This document shows positions 1 to 12,456 of a stretch of 64,000 nt of DNA, piece by piece. Every line of letters begins with the position of its first letter. The stretch's first letter is position 1. The stretch comes from Vicugna vicugna. Its lineage: Eukaryota. Position numbers and translations under genes: made by a program. The stretch covers positions 3,251,111-3,315,110 of the forward strand of contig MU058824.1 of the NCBI GenBank assembly GCA_013265495.1, written 5' to 3'. Below the pieces are notes generated by a model. The model worked only from the letters and a program-made list of their open reading frames with translations, did not search any database and was not told where the DNA came from.

Positions 1-2129
1 AGCTGCCAACTGCCTCCTAATTATCTTCTATTGAGGGAAGTATCACAGTGCCAATTCCAGGATGTGGGGGGAGGAAGGAGACAAAGGGATCTGGGAATAC
101 AGTTTTTTTTTCTTATTTACTCAATGTCAATTAGCACCTACAAAAAGCAGTATGCAATGAGTGAGCACCTTCATTATATCAAGCTAATCCACCAAGACAA
201 TTTGGCAGAGTCCCCACATATGACTGTATCTCTTTGGACTCAATTTCTCTGTAGCCTTCACCTTCCCCTCATCTCTACATGAATAAACCCTTCCTTCCCT
301 CTCTCCCACCCTCTTTTTCCTCCTCCTATAAATATTTTTTGAGCACCTACTATGTGCCAAGCTCTGGGCTAGGTACAAAAATATAGCAGGGATTAAGGCT
401 TGGTCCCTGCCCTCAAGGGTCTCCTAGTCTAGCAGATAAATCAAACATAAACAATTACAATACTGGGGTGTGAATACCACAATGGGGGTAGGGGGCAGGT
501 ACAGGAAGGATATATGTCACAGAGGAGGAGAAATCAGGGAAAGTTTACATGAAAAGAGGAAACTGTCCCAGTATTTCATGTTTGGAATATATTCATCCCA
601 CTCCAATCCAAATTCTATTCCACTCTGGAGCCTTGTCATAGAACCTTGTGGCATTTTGGCTTGTGTTAGTCCCTGTGGGCTGGGTTTATCTCCCCCATTC
701 CATTCAGTATAATTCACTCCATATGATGACTGGGCCAGCTATGCTGTGGGAGAGGAAGATGACAAAGCCAATCCCAGAACCAGTTCCTCAGAGGGACTGG
801 CTGGAAGCAAACACTGAACCGTGAGGGAAGGACAAGCCAAGTGCATTGAAGGATAATGTAGGATCAATGACATCCCATTAGAGGAGACCAACATCATGGG
901 ATGCTTTAGGGAGGCAGTGGCACTGGAAATGAATTTTGAAATTTGGGCAAGCTCTGTCTAGTCAGAGATGGAAAGGGGAGGCATGCTGTGCCTTGTAACA
1001 GACTCAGGGAAAGGAGGAAGATGGGGAGAAAACGAAGACAGTGAGCTTAAGGGCTGACATGGAGGAGGGCAGTGTGTTTAGAGGAAAACCTGGAAAGGTT
1101 CATTTGGACCAATCTGTGGGGTCTTTAATACTGGTAAGATATCTGTATTTAATGTGTTGGCAACAGGAAGCCATTTTGAATGAAGAGTTATGTGACCAAA
1201 GTTGGTTTGTATGGATTATGGCTGAGGACATAAGAGACGGGGAGACCAGTTAGGGGGTGATGGCAATAGTCCCTGTGAGAGGAACTGCAGGGACTGCTGA
1301 GAAGTGGAAGTAGAGATGGAGAACTGGCACCCTGGAGTCACAGACTGAGTGTCACCCATTTGTGTCCCCATCATGTCCAGCACTGTCTCCTTTCCTAATT
1401 AAGTTTCATAAGTATTTCTGAAATTGAACTGTATAAAGATTCCATTTGAAAGTATGAATTTATGTCTTGCAGGTTGTTGTCTTTTTTGTTTGAATCCTGT
1501 CACCTAAGTTAGCCAGTTCCAAGTCATAGAAGGTTCCTGCCCAAGGCTGTCATTACTGACATTTATGAGGCACCTCAGGGAAGTGGCGCCTCATTCACAG
1601 TCCTCAATTAGTTAATGCACCATTTTAATTGGTCTACAGCTGTCTGTGTGGACAGAGCTGGCTTCCTTTCTGGAGTCAACTGGGGCTGCCACACCCTTTC
1701 CTGCCAGCTCAGGCTTCTGGAACCTCACTGGCTGAGAAGATTCAGGAGCCTGCTAAGCTACAAAGCATGCAAAGAATGGTCTCTCTGGGGAGTGTTAATG
1801 ACCACATCAGGGCAAGTCTCCAGTAAACTCCCCATCACTTTGACAGGCATTTCTAGGAAAGCTAGGAGGAGGGTAGAGCAGAGGCAAACTGTAAGGACCA
1901 CCTGTGGTGTGACCCTAAAATTCCAGATGAGGTCTGATATTTATATCATAGAGATCTGTTAAAATGGTTAAGATGATCCATTAAAATAGTTCAGGTGACC
2001 CATCTACAAGGTAACCCACCTCAAGAGATGGCTTAGAATTATGGACTTAACAAGGCTGCGCTGTCTCCCAAATCCAGTGAAGGGTTCAGACTGGATTGAG
2101 GTCAAGACCTCAATTTAATCAAAAGATAC

Positions 2130-2400
2130 TAATGGCTGATTTTACTAAGCATTTACTGTGTGCTCAATTTTCTGAGCACCATAGTTATATTAACATATTT
2201 GATTCTCATAACAATCCCATAAAGTGGATACTATTATTTAAAAAAAATTTTTAAGTGAGTACTATTATTATCCTCTTTTACAAGTGAGGAAGCAGGCACA
2301 GGGAGGGTAAGACTTGCCCCAGGTCGCAGAGCTGGCTGGTGGTGGAGCCTGAATTTGAGTCCAGACAGTCTGGCTCTAGGACATACTGAATGCAACACTC
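2130..2400 (-). mobile_element. MIR SINE (representative; other MIRs near 10500, 12000, 22250, 29510, 38390, 45370, 47400, 59000, 62300, 62950)
   Basis: MIR core tttacaagtgaggaagcaggcacag..gacttgccccaggtcgca. Confidence 0.75.
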
Positions 2401-5400
2401 TCCTGCCTTTCTCCTGTCTCTTGTTCTCAACACTCTGACCCGGAGGACTGGAGGACAAAAGAGGCCTGAACTGTAACGACTCATTATGAGGCATGAATGT
2501 ACAGAGCACAATGGGAAAAGCTTGAGTTCTACTGCATCCAACTGACCTGCTCTAGAACCCATTTCCAGCATATATTAGTGAATGACCTTGGGCAAGATAC
2601 TTGACTTCCAAGGGCTACAGTTTCTTGGGTGTAGGATGGAGGCAATTCACTCTTCAAGCTTGTTATGAGCAAAATAATGACCCTATCCCAAACCTGGCCC
2701 AGGGTGGATACTCATTACTGGTCATTAGGACAAAGGGAGGTGGTCTGGGTAATGTCTGGGGCAAAGAAGCAAAGAGTGGGAAGGTATCCTCCTATATTGA
2801 GCAGTGCTTAGAGGAAAGATATGATTCTAGAAAGGCTGAGAGGGGCCATTCGCCCTATCTTCCCTGCAGCTTGGTGGTGATATCCCTCAGGGACACCAGC
2901 CCCCTCTTGTCTAACTCTGGGCTCACTCATGGGCCTTCCAGTCTATGATTTGGTCTTTGTTCCTACGGCTCCTGCCAGCTCTGCCACATGGGTCTGTCTA
3001 ATCCCATTGTTCTGCCTCTTTGAGGAAGTGATGAGATTGGGCAGATCTGCTGCTAATCAAGCCCTGGTTCTGATACTAGAATTCTCCATCATGACTTTCA
3101 TGCTAAGCCTCAACACCTGACTTCTCCACTTGACCTTCAAGTGAATAAATTAAACATTAGTGTAATTTGATTTTTCTTTTCAATGTATGTGGAATTTAGA
3201 ACTCTCCTCTCTTACGTAGTGAAGCAGTGGGACATACTAGACAGTGGCCTGGGGTATGAGCTCTGTTTCTGCGTCTTGTTAACTGTGTGACCATGAGCAA
3301 CTCCAATCCCTGCCCCCTTTACCTCAAGAGGTAAAGAATTCCATCTTAGAATGATGGAGTAAAATAACAGATGTGAACGTGTGTTTTGGTTGCAAAGAGG
3401 CACATGAATGGCATGGAAAGGGTTATTATCACTGAGGTTTTATCTAGTTTGTGAAATTCTAACAGTGTTAAATAAGATTGTTCTAAGTCATCTGAGGCTT
3501 GAGATGCCCTAGAATCTCAAGGCTGGAAAGTACTGTCAGCACTATGGGCAACAGTGAGTGATCCTGAAAGAATTAGAGATGAGATTGTCCTCTGAGAGTT
3601 AAACTAGGACATCAATACATCATTGATTACAGCAGAGATTTGCTAAGTCACCTTAAAGAAACTGAATGGTTCTCAGACCCGGAGAACTCGATGAAATCTG
3701 ATTTAAAGTGTTAATATAGCTAAAGAAAGGAAGCATAAGCCAGAAGGGAGGTTGACCAGTCATGAAAATGCAGGGAAAGGAGGTCAAACAAACCTTGGCA
3801 TTGTTCATCTAATACCATCCAGGGCAGAGGGGTTCTGGTTAAAAAGGTGACATAGGTAATTCTGGTGACAAGTACCTGCCTATTATAGAGGACTAGGTCG
3901 GATGTTTCAGAACATTCTTTTAATGATTTCCCCTTGTCCTAAACTCCAAGCTTATCAAGCAACGGACTGTAGTCTGGCTTCCCATGTAGATCCACCTACA
4001 GGAAATGACTACGTAGCCATTGGACTTGGGCATCCTTGGGCATTATATTTCTTGTGAGTTAACAAACTGACACCTGATTACAATATGACTTTGTATGTGG
4101 TCTGCTTACAGGGCTAGAATGTTCTAGCCATAGGACTTGAGCATTTGATATCTTTAGCAGTGCTAGTTTCCCTTGTGAATTACTAAATGAGCATCCTGGT
4201 TATATACAGTAGCCTTGTGAGCTCAGATCTACCCGAGAGCAAACAGATTTCTGAGCCTGACAAGCAAAGGGCCAGAACCTGGACCCTATGAGATTACTGA
4301 GGTAATACCCCATTGTGGAGGACTGTAGGGAGACAGCCAGCTGGCCTTCTCCTGGAGTCATCCAGTCTTTGCATTGTCCACACCACATCTTTTGGAACAC
4401 TACAAAAGGAACTGACCCCCAAGCAATGCAGGGATCCCCTCTCTGGCAAAGCCTGCAAACAGACGAATAAGTCCAAACTCTTTACCCTGTCTCAGTGGGA
4501 TCCCAGCCTGCCCCCCCACCCCCATGTTACACCCCATCACTCCTCTGTGTGCACTCTCAATTCCAAACTCGGTATCTTTGCTCATGCTGTCCATCTCTGG
4601 CTAGAATAATCTTTTTCCCTCCACCCCTCAGCTTGACATGCCAAATTCCATCTTTGATTCGGGACTCAGATCAGGTGCCCTCTTTTGCATAACCACTTCC
4701 ATAATGCTCTTCCATCTCTGAAGTCTCATTGCTCATTTCCTGTTTACTCTCATTTCTACCTCATGTTAGAATTGCACTGTGAGGTCTCCAAGAATTCCAG
4801 AAATATAAGTCATCTCTCTACTCAAGAGAATTCCTCCCTTATACAGGAAAATCTTCCTGGGAAATCATTCCATCTTTCATTTATTTACCCAGTCATTTAA
4901 CAAATATTTACCAAGTGCCTCTGTGTGCCCGGTAACTGGATATGGTGGTGAATGAGACCAGCAGGGCTCCTACCCTTATGCAGCTTCTGGTCTAGTGGGG
5001 AAGATAGATGTTAAGAAACAGTAAATTACAGTGTGATAAGTGCCATGCAGGAGAAGAATATGTGAGAGTACAGATGTTATACTTAAGTCAAAACCTGAAA
5101 GTAAGTAGCAGTCAGCCAGGAGAATAGGAAGAGTTTCTTGAAAGAGTATGGGTTGAATGATCTCAATGGCCAGTGTCACTGAGCTATGACAGCCTGATGC
5201 CCTCAGTCCCTGGTCCACTATCCTGTATTCAGATAACGCTAGGAACAAATTCACAAATTTTTTTCTTTGACTCCCTATCTTCTAGCTCCAGGCAGACTAC
5301 CCCCTTTACACAACAGTCATCACAGTTGCCAACATATGCAATGATTTGTTTTACTTTCTTAGCTGTAATTACACCCCTATTAGCCAACTGGTTTTGTTTC

Positions 5401-5524
5401 AAGTTAACTTTAACTTCATGCTTTAAGGGTTCTTATTATCCATCTCATCTACCACCTGCAAGGCACAAAAATCTTTGTTTCATTCAGTGCTCTATAGCCC
5501 CCAGGGCTATGATGTCTCAACACA

Positions 5525-5631
5525 CAGTCAGCCCTCTGTATCTGAGGGTTCTGCATCCACAGTTATGGAGGGCAGACTGAGGTGGGGTCGGGTCCTGGAA
5601 CTAATCTTCCATTAATACCGAGAAACAACTG
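5525..5631. mobile_element. Tigger/MER2-type MITE remnant
   Basis: TIR-like ends CAGTCAGCCCTCTGTATC ... ATACCGAGAAACAACTG followed by TA. Confidence 0.7.
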
Positions 5632-6937
5632 TATATTCTTTGGATGGATTGATGGAAGGAAGGATGGATGGAGTTTACTTTCTTATACCTCTCTTACATC
5701 TGTGCTAAGACCACAGTATTTATCTTATTCACATTTGGGTTCCTCCAGCACGTAGCATAATACCCTACACAAGGTAGGTAATCAAACAATAAATTATTTG
5801 AAAATAAAAAGTCATCTAGCCTTCCCTTGAACTTTTCCATGACTGGGAAGAACTCCCTGTTTTTTCAGGCATTGGGTCCAGAGTGGAACTGCTTCATCCA
5901 TTAAAGTTCTTCCCACTCTTGAGCTAACATTTGCCTCCCCACTGGTCCTAGTTCTGTCCCCTGAGCCCATAAAAGACACATCCACAGCCTCTGCCCCAAC
6001 GGCAGCCCTTCTAGTGCTGGAGATGGGGGCCAGGTTCCCTGCAGTCACTTATAAATAGGACATCTCTCCAGTGAGAACTCAAGTACTTTACAACACTTCA
6101 GAGTACTCCTAACATATGTCAAAGGAGGACACATCCCTCATGGAGTTTGCGGGTGCTCTGAACTCCCACAGAGGCCACTGTGTGAGCAGGGTCTCTCTCC
6201 AGGTCAGGAATCCAGACCGGAACTGACCTTGAAAACAATAATGTTTACGTTGCAATTAATTATGGTTTACCAGTTAATCCACATAACACCCCTGGGATAT
6301 AGGTCAGGGTTTCTAGTTTATAAATGGTTGAGGGAATGAGGCAGAAGACAATTGAGTGCGCAGGTCTCAGGGACTCAAGCGCCAGTATCCAGACTGACTC
6401 ACCTGCAATCACTGCTGGTCTCTCTCCTTGGCCAAGAGAATGAATTTGAGTCCAATCTCATTTCACAATTTGCCGATCTGGGAAATGCTACAAGTTCTAG
6501 GATGAGAAGTAGGAGAAAAGAGTACAGAGAAGACAGACATCAAGGGTTTACTCTGTACTAAGCTCTGCAGTTAAGCTCTGTGTACTAAAGTATGTCAAAA
6601 ACGTTTCCAAATACAATACCTTACACATACTAGGCCCCAAACTATGCATATAGGCTTATATTATTTGAAATAAGAGACCTGTTAGCTAGGGGGCTCAAAC
6701 ATCTGTTAATACAGATTTTAATACAGTCAGATTTACTCTGAATCCTCTTAGAACTGATACACTTGGGTCACAAAGAGTCCACTAAAACAAGCCTGTATAT
6801 TTATTTCATGGTATTGTAAACATATAAGACATTTTCAGTGATTCCTTTTGTCAAATAAAGAATCCTTTCCAAATCATTTAAAATTTGAATAAATGCCTTC
6901 TTTAAATTGACTTTTCAAATATGAAGTTTCCTCCAAG

Positions 6938-7080
6938 CAGTGATTCTTAAGCTTTTGGAGGATTTTGAGTCCTTTGAGAATCTTGTGACCACCACATAGG
7001 TTCTTCCAGAAGAATACACAGAATTCACATATGCACAAAACATTGCATAAAATTCAGGGTCTGTGAACTCAAGGTAAAGA
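6938..7080. mobile_element. hAT-Charlie-type MITE remnant
   Basis: Begins cagtgattcttaa, with internal ctttgagaatct..ttgcataaaattcaggg. Subfamily not determined. Confidence 0.5.
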
Positions 7081-7084
7081 TCAG

Positions 7085-7575
7085 AAAAGAAGTGAGATGG
7101 GAAGCAGCTAGGGGGTTCAGAACTTGCATTTTAACAGGGCCAGTCTGGCTAGTGTGATGAGAATTAGACTTGAAGTGGGCAAGGGCAGGCGGAGGTTACT
7201 GCAGTCATCCAGGTGAGAGAGGATGGTAGTTTGAACCAGGTAGCAGCGGTGGAGGAATGAGAATTGGTCAGATTCCAATACAGCTTGAAGGTGCAGTGAC
7301 AGGATTTGCTAACCAGATGGGATGTGCTGTGTGAACAAGGAGGAATCAAAGATGACGCCAAGGTTTTTGGCATAAGCAATTTGCAGGCTGGAGTTGCTAT
7401 TACCTGGGGTGGGGAAAACTGAAGTGGTACAAGTTTGTTGGAAGAAGGAAAAAGGTAATATTAGCAGCCAAGTTTTGGACACTTTGAACTTGAGATGCCT
7501 ATTACATATCCAAACAACGATGTTGAGTAGACAGTCAGATGTCTGGTCAGGAATACTGGAGAGAGTTTGGGTTGT
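7085..7575 (-). mobile_element. L2 fragment
   Basis: Typical antisense L2 motifs gcagtcatccaggtgagagaggatgg..., ggaatcaaagatgacgccaaggttttt, ttgagatgcctatt. Confidence 0.75.
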
Positions 7576-10500
7576 GATAATACTTACCTGTAAAACTGGA
7601 ATAATAATATAATCATACCTATATAAGAATACTTATTATTAGGAGGATGTAAAACTCTCAGGGCAGGACCAGGCACACAGTATGCCTTTGATACATTTCA
7701 ACTATTGTTTTTAATTAAAACTTGAATGCTCTCAGTATTTCTACCATTATTACAAAGTTATAAATGTGACTGCTTTTAAGACTGGTGGCAAATCCTGGAC
7801 GTGATTTGTAAAAGAAAACAAAGTTTTGAGCAATGGCAGTGGCTTCAGAATTGGTCTCTAGCCCCCAGAGTTTAAAATTTGGAAGAGTTCTGCACACATT
7901 CAATAGTCTTCATAGATAGGTTATGTCATGTTTCTTAAATAATCAGTATGTTATTTCATCAACCCATAATTTATTTCGTTTTGAAGAGGGCTTGACATGA
8001 GGAATAAGGCAGTTTATCAGAAGGAACTATCAGCAAAGACCCTGCAGGGAAACATTCCCAGCCCACTCATGTGCCCCCAGTAACACACAAAGTTTAAACG
8101 GAAGGAAGCATGAGAACTGACTGACAACCCCGTCTCAACTTCAATAGCTACAGGCATTAATACTGGTCATAAGCTCATTTGGCTCCTTTTAAAACTGACT
8201 CACAAAACCCACGACCCATGTCTCCCTGAAATAGCAAGCTTCTTAGGGAACTTTCCTTGAAAAGCACACCCTTGCTATCTCTTATTACTCAGTGATCTTT
8301 AGCTGTTTTATGTTGGGAAACTGGTGTGGTTTTTACTACACACTTCTAGATCTTTGAAGTAATGCGCTTCCAACGTCAAACCTGAACAGTGTTAGAGGTT
8401 TCTCATTCTTTTTACATCTCCTTGAATTTGGACTCTAATTCCTTGACGCTGTAATTCTCTTCAACATCTATGTCAGGCCTAATGCTCAATAATTATCTAT
8501 TAATATTCCTCCTACTCTCCATTTGCTTCCAAAGGAAAGAGGTGATGAAGCAGTTCAAACAGTCCAAAACTGCTTCTGTAACAAACAGATGACTAAGGTC
8601 ACATACAGTCACAGGTCTCGTTTGATGGATTTAGCAACAGCAGCACAACAACACAGACACAGGAGCCCCAGTGAGGGGAGAAAGAGAGGGCAAAGGACAC
8701 ACAAGAAAGGCTCCTTCCCCCAGTCCTCATTTCCTTCCATCTATAACCAAGGCCACATAAACTGAGCTATGTGCTAATAAGCAGGGCGATGCTCAGTTAA
8801 ACTTCATGAAACACCAATTTCATTCCTTCTCCTTGATTATTCTGCAAGTTTCTAATAATCGCTACATTCACAGTGACTATGCTTCAAGCAGATCTCCAGA
8901 GGTGAGAATATGAGAGAATAACTCCCTCCCCCCACCCCCAGGAGGACTAGGGTCCTACAGGAAAGCAGGACATGTGAGAGGCTGAGGGGCTGCCCCAATA
9001 TCTGTGGTTCCCTACTGGCACCCCACTCCAGCCTTGGTCCGGCTATGTGCCCCAGAACTCTAGGTGGAGAAAAGCTAAAAGATCCAAGAACTGGTAACTC
9101 TAAATAGAACCGGTCAAAATTGATCTATGGCAAAAACTTAATGAATTTGTACCCTGTGCCCGTTTTTCTATTTTAAAGGAGTTTTTTTTTCACTTTCCAA
9201 TAATTTTACGTCCATTAATTTTAAAAGCAAATTTTAGTTTTATATATTTCCAGCCAAGCTAAGGGGGGAAAGGACAGAGTTCTGTCCATATTCAAGACAT
9301 GGTGGTGACAAAGGAAAAGGTTGTCTAGCAAGAGGTGTTTACACCCCAGTATCTTTTTACCCTTAAAATTCACAACTCAGGCCCACCAGAAAAATGCAAG
9401 TGTTTTTTGTCCATGGGAAGTAAGACCATAAAATTTTATCATACAAACCAGGATGCTTTTATTTTTTTTCCAGGATGCTTTTTAAAGTGAAACAAGGCAA
9501 CATAAACAATGCACCAGTACAGCTAGCATAAACTGGGACGGTCCAGGCAAACCAGACAGCGCCTGCATCGCTCGTCACCGACCAAGCCCCTCGCCAACCA
9601 GAACCGCTTCATCACTCAAGAGACCTGACCCAAAAGAAGGTTCCATGGCTAACACAGAGGATAAACGCCCTCTCCTCCCTACTGAGGTAAACAGATCCCA
9701 ATGTTTATGAACACAAGAACAGGCATCGTTCTTTTTCTCCTTTCTCTCATCCAACAATCTCTCTAGCCATTTTAATCCCAGAGTCCTTTTGCAAGTTCTC
9801 GTCTACCCAGCCTTGCCACCACCTTAGCCCCTACATCCTTCATCTAGAACGTTCACCCAGGGGTCTGAAAGTTCTATAACCCATCTCCTGAATCCAGTTA
9901 GTGGCATGACCTGAATGTTTAAAACTCCACAAGGGAGCCAATAGGATTTAGAGTTGATCTTTTCTGGCCCTACAAAGCAGGACAGGGGTCCTAAGGCAGT
10001 TTCCTGGGTCCTTTCAGATAGGCAGCCCCTCCCAGTACTCCTCAAGGACATGGAACATGCACAATCCGACTCTGTCTCCGCAGTGGTCAGCGCCCAGCAC
10101 AAGGGGCTGGTGTACTGAGTTCTCAGTACATGCTATGGAATGAGCAGGCTGTTTCCTCACCTCCCCACCCCCGCCCCACTCTGGGCTCCAGTGTGCCCAG
10201 GGTTTTCCTCCCTCTTTCTGCGCAGTGAGAGGGAATCCTGCCCATGATCCCACGTCAGTTGGCTGGACCAGGCTTCTGCTGCCAGCCCCCAGGGACTGGC
10301 TAGCTGTCTGCTTCTCTCTCTTGTACTGTGCTGAGCAGAATAGAGCCTCCCATAGACCCCGGGTGGGCACAAGCTGAGTCTGCTTGGTTTTGTTCAGTTC
10401 AGGAACATTCAACAAAGTTTATTACCTTCTCAGTCCAGATCAGATGCTGGAGGTAGAAAATGAGAGCTGTATACGACCTTGAAAGGTTATAGATGCACCA

Positions 10501-12456
10501 GAACACAGGTGGTTCATAGTCACGACTCTGCAGCCCCACTTCCTGGGTTTGTATCCCGGCTGTACAATTACCACCTGATTTTCTGTAGGTGAATATTTAA
10601 CCTCTCTGTACCTGAGTTTTCCATTAAGAAAATGGAAATAAGAGAGCCTGCTTCAGAGGGTTGGTATGAGAACTATTAATAGTATAATTCTGATTATGAT
10701 CATTATGATTTAGAACCCTGCTTGGCCCAGAGTAAGTACTTAGTAAATTTAACTGTTACCATTTTGTGTTTTGGCTCCTTTTCCTGGAAGCCTAAAGCTT
10801 GACCTACTTCCTTTAATTCTCTCTGCATCTGGCTGGTCCCTTCATTTCTCAGGAGGGGCTATTCTTTGCTCCTGGTCCACCTCAATGCTGAGAGCCAAAA
10901 ATGGCACTTCTCCACACCAACACCTGGCTTGTGCTTTGTCCACTAGGATTCAAACCCAAGCACCTTCAAGAGTTTAAGCGATTATGTATCTACCTTCTCT
11001 GAACTCAAGTGAATGATTACACAAGCATTTTTCTAAGAAGGTGAGGAAACTCTTGGTCAAACACAAAGGAAGGACCAGATATGAAAAGAGTCACCCTCAC
11101 CCAGAAGCCCGTGTTCCTCAGCACACCTTGTGGCCATGTATTTCCAGCTCTTTCAAGGACAAAGGCAGGAGTTTCCACATACCACTCAGAAATTCTGACA
11201 CCAGTGAACCATGACCCAAAAGAATATTCCCAGGATTTAAAAAAATCATAATGTTATTTTCTTCTTTACTCACCCTAAGTTCTCTACCAAGTACTGGCAC
11301 TAATTGACTAGCAACAGTTGGTTATGATTTATTTATTCAACTAGGCATATATATATTTTTCTTTATCCTTCCCAATGAGTCTTTAATATAATTATCAAAG
11401 CCACTACCACCCATTTAAAACAGGTAAAGCTCAGAATAAACTGGATTTTTTTTTCTCCTGGCTAAGGCAATTGTGAATTTCTATGACTTGATGGTTCACA
11501 GCCTCAAACTCAAAATAATCTCAATCACCCACTTAACAGTTTCATTCAAAAACACTACATTGCTATCATGCCTGCCCTAGCTAAGTTCCAAGTGGTACTC
11601 TTTGCATCATTTCCAACACAATTTTAGATAATTTCAGTGCAAAGAAACAATAAAAAACTATTGGCCAATAAACATAATTAGCCCAAATGTGGTAATTTTA
11701 TTACTATGTGAAAATTAATCCTGCTCTGCTCCTCACCTACCACCACTCCAATCCTTGGAAATGCTTCCTTCTGACAGACCTGGGTTAGATCTTTTAGTCA
11801 CAATGGTGAGATGTTGTGCCCCAGAAGTCTCTACTTCCAGGGTGCCTTAGAGCAGATCTCTGTCCTAGCTTGGTTTCTTGTTACTGAAGACTGCTGAAGG
11901 CCTGGAACCAACAGGCCAGTTACCACATGCTCCTGATACACACTTACCTGCTTCCTTCCACCGATGTCCACAGTCTTCACGCTGATCACAGTCACAGAGC
12001 ATCAATCCTGGAAGGGACTTTAGAGACCAGCCAATCCAAGCCCTCATTTTACAGATATGGACACTGGAGCCTACCAAGAGGAACTCACTTGTCCAAGGTC
12101 ACACAGCTCATTAATGAAAGAGCTGGGACTAGAATTGCTGAACTGGAGATTCATCTCCCTGTGTTGTCATTCTTCTTCCAACCGGTTCTCATGCTCTCTG
12201 CCCTAGTTGGCTTTTGTGCACTTGACAGACAGTCCACACCCTCCCTGTCTGTGCCAGCAGGCTGCAAGGTTTGGCTGGCCCAGGACTCTTAACCTGCAGA
12301 GCAGTGAGTGTCATGTGACTCTCTTGGAAACATACACACTGAGTAGGGATGCATCAGATGTTCACATGTAACCAGCATTGCACGTCTTCCAAGTCCAACA
12401 TGTTGATAAGCAAGCAGAGCCTACCAGTCATTTACAATATCGGAAATTTCAAGTTC

